This document shows positions 1 to 7,214 of a stretch of DNA of 36,177 bases, piece by piece. The translations under genes were made by a program, and so were the position numbers. The stretch spans positions 1-36,177 of IMG/VR virus record IMGVR_UViG_3300047095_000168. One strand, written 5' to 3'. Every line of letters starts with the position of its first letter. Positions within the stretch are counted from its first letter, which is position 1. The stretch comes from a virus (taxonomy: Duplodnaviria; Caudoviricetes). The notes beneath the pieces are model-generated. The model was not told where the DNA came from and ran no database searches. It saw nothing but the letters and a program-made list of their open reading frames with translations.

Positions 1-1
1 G

Positions 2-127
2 CTGCGCGCGGAGATCGAGCGGCTGCGGACAGGTCTGCACCGCATCTCCCTCGCCAGCCAACACAGCATGTCGAGCCGAGAGGAGTGCGGTCGGATCGCG
101 CGCGAGACGCTGGAGGGCAAGCCATGA
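2..127 (+). CDS. partial small early protein (5' end outside window) with coiled-coil AEIERLR module
   Basis: Manual translation of frame 2 gives LRAEIERLRTGLHRISLASQHSMSSREECGRIARETLEGKP*. The stop overlaps the next ATG (ATGA at 124-127). Confidence 0.7.
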   Translation: MRAEIERLRTGLHRISLASQHSMSSREECGRIARETLEGKP

Positions 128-240
128 CCAAGGCCAGACGCGTGTGCAAGAAATGCAACAACGAGTACAGCGCGCTCGCATTCGCGACGCGCACCGGGTT
201 CATCTGCCGCTGGTGCAAGGCACAGGAGGCCAAGACATGA
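124..240 (+). CDS. 38-aa CxxC...CxxC zinc-ribbon microprotein (not in ORF track)
   Basis: MTKARRVCKKCNNEYSALAFATRTGFICRWCKAQEAKT*. GGAGG lies upstream and there are ATGA overlaps at both ends. Confidence 0.75.
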   Translation: MTKARRVCKKCNNEYSALAFATRTGFICRWCKAQEAKT

Positions 241-395
241 GCATCGATCCGATCAACCAGTATTTCGCTGGCCTTTTCTTTGCTTTGTTCCTGGCCAGCG
301 CATACTGCTGGCTGAGAGACAGAGACGAATACTTTGCCCTGCTCTGCGCCGTTGGATATGCCTTACTCTCCGCGATCTGGATGTTCATCCTATGA
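237..395 (+). CDS. 52-aa two-TM membrane protein
   Basis: Start moved to ATG 237 (AGGAGG SD, ATGA overlap). Two hydrophobic stretches are separated by RDRDE. Confidence 0.7.
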   Translation: MSIDPINQYFAGLFFALFLASAYCWLRDRDEYFALLCAVGYALLSAIWMFIL

Positions 396-742
396 GCGAC
401 GACATCACCCAAAAGCTGCGGGTCACCATGCCGGACTTCAAAGGCATAGAAATATCCTGCCCATGTCGCATTCGATCATCGCTGATGAAGGAGGCCGCAG
501 ATGAGATCGAAAAGCTGACCCGCGAGCGCAATGAGGCGCGGGCCGAGGTCGAGCGGTTGCGGGCAGAGCGCGACACGCTACTGCTCGATGCGCGAGAGTT
601 TGTGCGCTGGTTCAACCGCCATTATCCGGACCCGTCTCGCCACCCAGACCATCCGTGGTGCGAGATCAACAACAGGCTGATGGCCCACGCGGACACGTTG
701 GCCGCCCTCAATTCGGGTCTGGCGCTGGAGGGCGGACGATGA
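392..742 (+). CDS. hypothetical early protein with coiled-coil (EAADEIEKL/AEVERLRAE) modules
   Basis: ATGA-coupled on both sides. The modules resemble those of Ead/Ea22-like phage early proteins. Confidence 0.75.
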   Translation: MSDDITQKLRVTMPDFKGIEISCPCRIRSSLMKEAADEIEKLTRERNEARAEVERLRAERDTLLLDAREFVRWFNRHYPDPSRHPDHPWCEINNRLMAHADTLAALNSGLALEGGR

Positions 743-963
743 GTGAGGACAAGATCGCAGAGATCCGCACGAGCCATGATGCGGTATACGACGATAGGCT
801 CGAAACTGTCTGGCGCGTGGGGTTGGCGATGCGAAACTCCGTGCGGGAGATTAAGTTGTTGCAGGCCGAGGTCGAGCGGCTGCGCGCCGAAAACGCCCGC
901 CTGCGCGCCCAAATCGACGAGTATTTCCGCGAGCCGGGGACGCATCCGGTGGAGGAAGCATGA
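739..963 (+). CDS. hypothetical early protein with AEVERLRAE module
   Basis: Start at ATG 739 (GGAGG SD, ATGA overlap), giving MSEDKIAEIR... Confidence 0.7.
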   Translation: MSEDKIAEIRTSHDAVYDDRLETVWRVGLAMRNSVREIKLLQAEVERLRAENARLRAQIDEYFREPGTHPVEEA

Positions 964-1250
964 CCCGCCACCGCCCGGCCCCACTCGTCATCCGCTGGTG
1001 GTTGCGCGCCAGCGGCTTCGAGGCGATCACCATGCCCTGGCGCGCAGCCTATTACCTCCATTGGCCAGCCCCAGATTGGCTCATTGCCCATGAGCAGGTT
1101 CATATCGAGCAGATCAAGAGGTATGGGGCGGTCGGGTTCCTTTGGCGGTACGCCGCAGGGCTCGTCCGCCACGGCTACTGGGCGCACCCCATGGAGATCG
1201 AGGCGAGGGAGGTGGAACGTGAAGTCCGGTCTAGAAACCAGCAACGGTGA
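960..1250 (+). CDS. small HExxH zincin-like metallopeptidase (DUF4157-like)
   Basis: LIAHEQVHIEQ motif followed by YWAHPMEIEA, which could supply the third ligand (Glu). ATGA overlap and GGAGG SD. Confidence 0.7.
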   Translation: MTRHRPAPLVIRWWLRASGFEAITMPWRAAYYLHWPAPDWLIAHEQVHIEQIKRYGAVGFLWRYAAGLVRHGYWAHPMEIEAREVEREVRSRNQQR

Positions 1251-1599
1251 CCTTCTTGAGTGGGCCGCGACCCGCACCCGCAAAACTGACCCCGAGACGT
1301 CGCACGAAGCGGCGATATCCGTGGCAGACCGTGCCAGCGAGCTACAGCGCCAGGTTCTGGCGTTTGCGGAGAGCGCCGGTCCCGATGGGTTTACCGACGT
1401 CGAGATGAACCGGCACTTCCACCACACTGGCTCCACATACAGAACACGAAGATCCGAACTTGTTGACGCCGGTAAGATTGTTGACTCAACCAAAAGGCGC
1501 GTCTACGATGGCGGTCGGAGGCACATCGTGTGGTGCCTCACGAAGTACATGAAGGAGGGAGCCAATGACGGATCTGACAGGACAGCCGACGTTCGATGA
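1219..1599 (+). CDS. putative winged-helix DNA-binding protein
   Basis: GTG start at 1219 after GGAGGT. Contains RKTDPETSHEAA and GFTDVEM...TRRSELVDAGKIVDSTKRR, a pattern common in phage wHTH-like proteins. Confidence 0.65.
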   Translation: MKSGLETSNGDLLEWAATRTRKTDPETSHEAAISVADRASELQRQVLAFAESAGPDGFTDVEMNRHFHHTGSTYRTRRSELVDAGKIVDSTKRRVYDGGRRHIVWCLTKYMKEGANDGSDRTADVR

Positions 1600-2188
1600 C
1601 TTCTGGCTGGCCTACCCACGCAAGATCGCGAAGGCAGACGCAAAGCGGTCGTGGGACAAGGCGGTCACCAAGATCAAGATCGACCCTGCCGACATCGTGG
1701 CGGGGGCCAAGCGGTATGCCGCCGCCAAGCGCGGGACCGAGCAGCAGTACATCGCGCACGCGGCCACCTGGATCAACCAGCAGCGATGGGCTGACGAGGA
1801 CGTCGAGGCGAAGTCCACATACGAAGCGGAGAGCCCGCACGTTCGAGACGAGAAGGCCATCGGGGTGATCGCCGCGACAATGAGGGCGCAGGAGATCAAG
1901 AGGCGCGTACTTGTGGCGACGCGGGCGCACCATCAGGCGTCCCTGTCGGATGCCGCGCGCAGACTGAACGTCACCGAGTCTGAGTTCTGGGGGTGCATGT
2001 CGGCTGGCTCCATGGGGTTCGATGCGCGGGCGTGGAAGGCCGCGTGCGCCGAGGTCAATGGCGGGCCTCCCGCGCCCGAGGTCCTGAACATCGGGCGGGA
2101 GCATTGGATCGACGGTAAGGAACGTCTGGAGACCCGCGCGCGGACCGTTCCGGTCATGCGCCAGCAAGGACAGTCATTTCTCCGTTGA
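1565..2188 (+). CDS. replisome-organizer-like / replication initiation-related protein with possible C-terminal HTH
   Basis: FDDFWLAYPRKIAKADAKRSW...YIAHAATWINQQRW is the typical phage replisome-organizer domain motif. SLSDAARRLNVTESEFW is HTH-like. AAGGAGG SD. Confidence 0.65.
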   Translation: MTDLTGQPTFDDFWLAYPRKIAKADAKRSWDKAVTKIKIDPADIVAGAKRYAAAKRGTEQQYIAHAATWINQQRWADEDVEAKSTYEAESPHVRDEKAIGVIAATMRAQEIKRRVLVATRAHHQASLSDAARRLNVTESEFWGCMSAGSMGFDARAWKAACAEVNGGPPAPEVLNIGREHWIDGKERLETRARTVPVMRQQGQSFLR

Positions 2189-2213
2189 CATAAGTCACAC
2201 AATCACTAAATAT
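2185..2213 (+). promoter_or_regulatory. sigma70-type promoter for the recombination cluster
   Basis: Perfect TTGACA at 2185-2190 and TAAATA at 2207-2212 (16-nt spacer), in the only AT-rich intergenic gap of the + block. SD AAGGAG lies before ATG 2241. Confidence 0.7.
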
Positions 2214-2240
2214 CAAACCGGCAACCAAAGGAGGGAACCA

Positions 2241-3044
2241 ATGTTGCCCGAACCAAAGAGCAAGGAGTGGCACGCGGAGCGCCGGAACGGCATCGGCGGC
2301 AGCGACGCGAACATCATCATGGCGGGGGACCCCGGGCGGATTCTCGCGCTCTGGAAAGAGAAGACCGGCCAGACCGAGCCCGAGGACCTCTCGGGTGAGT
2401 TCCGAGTCCAGCTTGGCCTCTTCACCGAACCGTTCAACGCTGACTGGTTCTTCCACAAGACGGGTCTTCCGGTCATCGCTCGCGGCGAAAAGCGGGTGTC
2501 GCGGGAGCGGTCATGGATGAGGGCCACACTCGATGGCGAGGTCCCAATGCCGGATGGCTCGACCGCGATCTGGGAGGCCAAGCACATCAACGGAAGGTCC
2601 TCGATGAAGGAGGCCCTGGCCAAGTACCAGCCACAACTCCACCACAACATGATCGTGACGGGTGCGCGCAAGGCGTTCCTGTCGGTCATCATTGGCAACG
2701 ACTGGGACTATGAGGAAGTCGAGTTCAATGCCGATTACGCCGCCGCCTTGGTGAAGGCCGAGGCTGATTTCTGGGAGTGCGTGTGCTTCACCCTGCCCCC
2801 GTCCGAAGAGCCGCAGATTGTCGCGCCGCCGGAGGCCAGCAAGGTGCTGGACATGACCGGCAGCAACGAATGGGCCGATGCGGCTGCCGAATGGATCGCA
2901 TGCAAGAATGCCGCTGGGCTGTTCGACAAGGCGGCGGATAGGCTGAAGAAGATGGTGGCGTCCGACGTGCGATCCGCGTCCGGTCACGGCATCAAGATCG
3001 CGCGCGACAAGCGTCGGGCGCTCCGCATCACGCAGGAGGGATGA
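2241..3044 (+). CDS. YqaJ-family (lambda-exonuclease-like) viral recombinase/exonuclease
   Basis: WHAERRNGIGGSDA, RATLDG, WEAK and YQPQLHHNM motifs. Confidence 0.9.
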   Translation: MLPEPKSKEWHAERRNGIGGSDANIIMAGDPGRILALWKEKTGQTEPEDLSGEFRVQLGLFTEPFNADWFFHKTGLPVIARGEKRVSRERSWMRATLDGEVPMPDGSTAIWEAKHINGRSSMKEALAKYQPQLHHNMIVTGARKAFLSVIIGNDWDYEEVEFNADYAAALVKAEADFWECVCFTLPPSEEPQIVAPPEASKVLDMTGSNEWADAAAEWIACKNAAGLFDKAADRLKKMVASDVRSASGHGIKIARDKRRALRITQEG

Positions 3045-3691
3045 CCATGGAAGACCAGCAGGGAGCCCTGTACGGGGCGCTCGCCAAGGCGCAGGGCGAG
3101 ATGTCGAACCCGATCAAGAACCGCGAAGTGACGGTCAAGTCGGACAAGGGCAGCTACAAGTTCGCCTACGCGACGCTCGACAGCATCCTCGACATCGTGC
3201 GCGTCCCGCTCGCGAAGAACGGGCTCGCCATGACCCAGACTTTGGAGCGGCGCGAGGACGGCATGGTCATGTGCCTCCGCCTGTTCCATGCGTCTGGGGC
3301 GCACATCTCCACATGCATGCCCATTGACTCTGGACGGGTGGGGAAGATGCAGGAACTCGGGAGCCTGATGACGTTCGCCCGCCGGTATCAGGTGGCGTCG
3401 TTCTTCGGGCTCGCGGCCGAGGAGGACGACGACGCGAATGGGGCGGATGGCAACACCCTTCAGACCATGCGGGACAAGCCGTCGAAGGCTGACCCCTCAA
3501 GCGACCCGCGCGCCGCATTCAAGCTGGTGCGCGAAGAGATGCAAGCGGCGAAGGACGCAACAGAGCTTGCGGAGGTCATGCTCAAGCGCAAGGACCTGAT
3601 CCTGCTCGTCAAGAAGACGAGCGAGGCCGGATACCTGGAGATCATGGCGATCAAGGACCGGCTTGTGGGGAGCTTCGCCAATGAGGCATGA
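3041..3691 (+). CDS. erf: ERF-family ssDNA-annealing protein
   Basis: ALAKAQ...YATLDSILD...QELGSLMTFARRY...GLAAEEDDDAN signature. Confidence 0.9.
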   Translation: MTMEDQQGALYGALAKAQGEMSNPIKNREVTVKSDKGSYKFAYATLDSILDIVRVPLAKNGLAMTQTLERREDGMVMCLRLFHASGAHISTCMPIDSGRVGKMQELGSLMTFARRYQVASFFGLAAEEDDDANGADGNTLQTMRDKPSKADPSSDPRAAFKLVREEMQAAKDATELAEVMLKRKDLILLVKKTSEAGYLEIMAIKDRLVGSFANEA

Positions 3692-4031
3692 GGACGAAAT
3701 CCACCAAGCGGTGGCGGAGGCGGCGATCCAACTGGGTCGCCGCTTCGATATGTCCGAGATGCCGGAGACGTCCCTCCTCGCAATCCGCGCGGCGCAGAGT
3801 GCATCCGATGAGTTGCATGTCATCATCAGGAGCCTCACCGAGCGCCGGAAAAGCATCGAAGAGGATGTGCGGGGCATGATCTTCGGTTTCGTCCTCAAGA
3901 CGCATGGGGTGAGGCTGGACCCCAACAAGCAGGTCGGGGTGCAACTCGACTGGGTGGACAAGACCATCGATGTCATCGACACGGACGTTGTCGATGAGGT
4001 GGTCCGCAAGAAGAAAGGAGGCAGCAAATGA
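3681..4031 (+). CDS. hypothetical protein
   Basis: Fills the gap between erf and the SSB-like gene with matching codon style. ATG at 3681 and ATGA overlap at the 3' end. Confidence 0.65.
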   Translation: MRHEDEIHQAVAEAAIQLGRRFDMSEMPETSLLAIRAAQSASDELHVIIRSLTERRKSIEEDVRGMIFGFVLKTHGVRLDPNKQVGVQLDWVDKTIDVIDTDVVDEVVRKKKGGSK

Positions 4032-4300
4032 CGGCAAAGCGCCTGGATGCCATCGTCGGCATCCCGAACAAGGACAAGAGCAAGACCTACTGGACGAAGG
4101 TCGGGACGGCATTCGAGTCGAAGACGGGCAACGGCTGGACCCTGTTCCTCGACTTCGTGCCGCTCCATCGGTCGGATGACGGCAAGGTGATGATAAGCCT
4201 TGTGGAGCCGAGCCCGAAACAGGAGGGCGGCGGTCGCCCGCAGGGCAAGACCCAGCAAGGGAGAGCCAGGGACGACCTCGATGACGAGATGCCGTTTTGA
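4028..4300 (+). CDS. small SSB-like protein with acidic tail
   Basis: KTYWTKVGTAF...LFLDFVP core. The C-terminus DDLDDEMPF mimics the bacterial SSB tail. Confidence 0.65.
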   Translation: MTAKRLDAIVGIPNKDKSKTYWTKVGTAFESKTGNGWTLFLDFVPLHRSDDGKVMISLVEPSPKQEGGGRPQGKTQQGRARDDLDDEMPF

Positions 4301-4617
4301 TCCGCGATGCGGACATCGAGCGGCACCTCGAACGGCTTGAGGTGCTGGGGGCTGCCGCTGCCGAGGCGCGTGCTGATTACGAGTTCGCGGCCGACATGCT
4401 CAAGACAGTGTACGCCTCCGAGTACCTCAAGTCCGACTACCAGAGGACCGCAGACAAGGAGGCGGCTGCGCTTGCGTCGCCACCCTACGTCGCGGCCCTG
4501 AACGAGAAGAAGAGAGCCTTCATCGTGGCCGAAAAGCTCCGCCACGAAAGGGCATGGAGAGAGAGGGTCATCGACGCATGGCAGACCCTCTCCGCAAACG
4601 CGAGAGGCAAGATATGA
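4297..4617 (+). CDS. UvsY-like helical recombination mediator (putative)
   Basis: All-helical 106 aa with ADKEAAALASPPY...IDAWQTLSANAR. Located in the recombination cluster. Confidence 0.5.
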   Translation: MIRDADIERHLERLEVLGAAAAEARADYEFAADMLKTVYASEYLKSDYQRTADKEAAALASPPYVAALNEKKRAFIVAEKLRHERAWRERVIDAWQTLSANARGKI

Positions 4618-4844
4618 CCGGAATCCCGAAGATCGAAACCGACGTCCCCATCCCCACGGTCGGCAAGTCCCGGCTGACCTACCCCTTCAACTCCATGCAG
4701 ATCGGGGACTCGTTCGCAGTCCCTGTCTCCAAGGCGGCATCGATGCGGAACTGCGCCCATCACTATCAGAAGAAGCATGGGCATAAGTACCTCACGCGGC
4801 GCAACAGGACCGGGACGCAGGTCCGCGTGTGGAGGGTCGCCTAG
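4614..4844 (+). CDS. small conserved phage protein, probable DNA-binding
   Basis: Start at ATG 4614 (ATGA overlap). IETDVPIP...YPFNSMQIGDSF...VRVWRV motif. Confidence 0.7.
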   Translation: MTGIPKIETDVPIPTVGKSRLTYPFNSMQIGDSFAVPVSKAASMRNCAHHYQKKHGHKYLTRRNRTGTQVRVWRVA

Positions 4845-5350
4845 GCCATCCTCTTGGCTTCCCGCCTCACATCGCTGACACGACGGGTCCATCCGTACCC
4901 GAAGGTCGCGAAGTGAGGCAGGGAGCGCAGGAACTCCATGCGCCTATCGCAGATCGAGTCAATCAGGCTGCCAGGGGGAACGCCCTTGGTGGCCTGAAGC
5001 GTTTTGGGGCCGATGCTGCCGTCTGCTGTGACGCCCAAGACCTCTTGCAGGATCAGGGACGCCCGCCTGACGCCAGAGTTCACGGCGAGGTCGAACACCG
5101 CATAGTCCACACCGCCCGGAAGCTCGTCTCCCCCAATCGGAGACCAGTACCTGGCCCGGTAGAGCGGGAGGACCTTCTCGACGGTCAGACCCCGCATGTT
5201 GTGGTCGCTTGCAGGCATCCCAGTCCACTCTTCCCACACCCGCCTCGTAACCCCGAGGTTGGTGATGCCGCCGGGATCGTCCTTGTGGTGGACCCATCCG
5301 CCCTCATGCTTGATGACTGCGGAGAACGCGGCAGGCCAGTTCGAGATCAC
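4841..5350 (-). CDS. endolysin, glycoside hydrolase family 108 with C-terminal peptidoglycan-binding domain
   Basis: HEGGWVHHKDDPGGITNLGVT, FDLAVNSG, ADGSIGPKT and FGYGWTRR motifs. The GTG start at 5350 overlaps the holin stop. Confidence 0.92.
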   Translation of the reverse strand: MISNWPAAFSAVIKHEGGWVHHKDDPGGITNLGVTRRVWEEWTGMPASDHNMRGLTVEKVLPLYRARYWSPIGGDELPGGVDYAVFDLAVNSGVRRASLILQEVLGVTADGSIGPKTLQATKGVPPGSLIDSICDRRMEFLRSLPHFATFGYGWTRRVSDVRREAKRMA

Positions 5351-5739
5351 TTGGACGCGACGCCCTTGAGCTTCTCGATGGTGCGGAGACCGCCCAGGCC
5401 AAGCATCGCGAACATCAACTCCCACAGGTTTGCATCGAGCGTTGGCGGCTTGGGGATGGGCTTGCCGACCAGGAACCCGATCCACACCGCAATCGGGACC
5501 ACAAGGTAGGTGTAGGCGACGGCAGCGGCGCAGACCCAGCCGATTCCCGGACGCCATCCTCCGATGAAGAGGGACCCCGTCTCTGCCTCCGCCCTGTTCA
5601 CATCGATCTGAGCTTTGTCGATGGACATGAGGTCGGCGCGCAAGGCTGCTTCGGCCTTCGCCCGCTCCGATGGGTCAGGGATGAACTTGTCGAGGACCTT
5701 GATCCCCGCAGCGACTGCGTCGCCAACTCCGAACGGCAT
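5347..5739 (-). CDS. holin (3TM GTA-type / DUF3154-like)
   Basis: LDKFIPDP...GWRPGIGWVC...MLGLGGLRTIEK motifs. Start MPFG at 5739 after GGAGG. Confidence 0.88.
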   Translation of the reverse strand: MPFGVGDAVAAGIKVLDKFIPDPSERAKAEAALRADLMSIDKAQIDVNRAEAETGSLFIGGWRPGIGWVCAAAVAYTYLVVPIAVWIGFLVGKPIPKPPTLDANLWELMFAMLGLGGLRTIEKLKGVASK

Positions 5740-5747
5740 CGTTCCTC

Positions 5748-5960
5748 CTATTTGGGGATCATGGGCAGCCACTTGACGATCAGTGCCGTGATCGCCCCCG
5801 AGAGCCCACCAACCGCCACAAGAACCCTCCAGCCCCCACCGGCAGCGTCCATTGCGCTGCGTACAGCCTTGAGGTCGCCAGACATCTCCTCGACGCTCTT
5901 CGACAAGGATTTGACCTCCGCCTCAAGGCGGCCGAACTCGCGGGGGTCAATCTCGGTCAT
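5748..5960 (-). CDS. 70-aa coiled-coil plus C-terminal TM lysis-cassette protein
   Basis: IDPREFGRLEAEV coiled coil followed by the GGWRVLVAVGG hydrophobic tail. Directly upstream of the holin. Confidence 0.7.
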   Translation of the reverse strand: MTEIDPREFGRLEAEVKSLSKSVEEMSGDLKAVRSAMDAAGGGWRVLVAVGGLSGAITALIVKWLPMIPK

Positions 5961-6847
5961 GCCGAAATCTCCGTAACGGTGATTGACGAGTAAAGCGCGC
6001 CGCCGAAAAGGGTGGCGAAGCTGACCTCATGGTTGAAGTAGAACGTCCCCGATGCCACCCCCGCGCGCACACGGAAGGTCGTTGAGGATATCGTCCCGGC
6101 TGTCATGTAGTAGGTCAGGCAAAGTGGGAACAAGCCGCCCGCTGTGTTGATCGCATTCCGGCCAACTGCTGCAATGGCGCTCGCTCCCGAGTCTTGGAAC
6201 AGGGCTGCCGTCATGTTCCCGGAGCTTGTGGACCCGTAGACCGTTACGTCGATCCGCAACTTGTTGTTGACGTTTGCGGGGGTGATCGAAATGGAGAGGA
6301 ACTCTGTCCCCTCCGAACTCTGCGGGACCGTATTGTCCCACGGGATTGCCGAGACGCTTGTGGTCTGGGCGTTCGATTGGGAGTTGACGACCTGGAGGAC
6401 ACGCTGAGTGGGGAGGGCGCTCGACGACCATGTGGTCCCGTTGCTTGTCAGCACGTTGCCGGTCGTGCCGGGCGCAACTAGCTGGACTGCCCCAGTGCCG
6501 TTCCCCAGCACCACATGGTTCGCGCTAAGGGAGGCCCTCCCTGTCCCCCCGTTCGCGACGGAGACCGGGAGGGAAAATCCAGACAAACCTATGACCGATT
6601 GAGCCGAGGCTGCCGTGTTTGTGGCGAGCAGGCTTGAGCCAGTCGCCCCAACCGCAAGGAACTGGACGGTTGTCGTGGAGATGAACTGCGGGACGCCAAC
6701 GGACCCTGCCGAGACAGCCTGACCAAGCGTCTCAAGACCAACCTTGTAGTCGGTCCAGGAGTCGATGAGGTTGCTGAAGTCTGCGCTGGTTGGCTGGAAG
6801 TAAGCCTTCCAGAGCGTCTTCAGGGCCGTCTTCGACAGTGCCGTCAT
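5957..6847 (-). CDS. tail fibre / receptor-binding-like protein
   Basis: VANGGTG and GNVLTSNGTTWSS fibre motifs, with a C-terminal RVLQVV...SSITVTEIS beta-sandwich pattern. Confidence 0.75.
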   Translation of the reverse strand: MTALSKTALKTLWKAYFQPTSADFSNLIDSWTDYKVGLETLGQAVSAGSVGVPQFISTTTVQFLAVGATGSSLLATNTAASAQSVIGLSGFSLPVSVANGGTGRASLSANHVVLGNGTGAVQLVAPGTTGNVLTSNGTTWSSSALPTQRVLQVVNSQSNAQTTSVSAIPWDNTVPQSSEGTEFLSISITPANVNNKLRIDVTVYGSTSSGNMTAALFQDSGASAIAAVGRNAINTAGGLFPLCLTYYMTAGTISSTTFRVRAGVASGTFYFNHEVSFATLFGGALYSSITVTEISA

Positions 6848-6854
6848 TGCACCC

Positions 6855-7040
6855 TCAGTAGCTGCGGTTCCGGCGCGCCGGGTTCGTCTTCTGCGCCCCC
6901 ATGCTTACCTTGGCCGTGGGGATCGTGCCAGTCGGGTACTGACAGTTGACCTTGCAGGCCCCCATCGACTTCTTGCTCCCGTACTCGCGGGCCTTCTCGG
7001 CCTTCGACTCGGTCTGTTCGTGACGGTATCCCTCGCTCAT
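6855..7040 (-). CDS. small basic hypothetical protein
   Basis: GGAGG SD and coupling to the upstream stop (GTGATG). Lys/Arg-rich. Confidence 0.6.
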   Translation of the reverse strand: MSEGYRHEQTESKAEKAREYGSKKSMGACKVNCQYPTGTIPTAKVSMGAQKTNPARRNRSY

Positions 7041-7204
7041 CACGCCCTCCGCTTCTTGGCCATCCCGGCCTCCGAGAGGGCGATGGCGATGGCCTGCCCA
7101 CGCTTCTTGACGGCTGAGCCGCCCTTGCCGCTGTGCAAGCTGCCTCGCTTGTACTCCCCCATCACCTTCTCGACCTTCTTCTCGCCTTTTGACATTTTCT
7201 TCAT
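7040..7204 (-). CDS. 54-aa basic protein (DUF6496-like)
   Basis: KVEKVMGEYKRGSLHSG...QAIAIALSEA motif. Real start is ATG 7204 after GAGGAG. Confidence 0.75.
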   Translation of the reverse strand: MKKMSKGEKKVEKVMGEYKRGSLHSGKGGSAVKKRGQAIAIALSEAGMAKKRRA

Positions 7205-7214
7205 CGCATTCTCC

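Noticed and set aside
1455-1495. TTGTTGAC twice and the GTTGACTCAAC palindrome as a possible origin or promoter
   Set aside because: Short, inside a coding region, explained by repeated Val-Asp codons, and with no iteron array.
5351-5557. N-terminal extension of the endolysin ORF given in the track
   Set aside because: It overlaps the holin gene. The GTGA-coupled start at 5350 gives a normal GH108 N-terminus.
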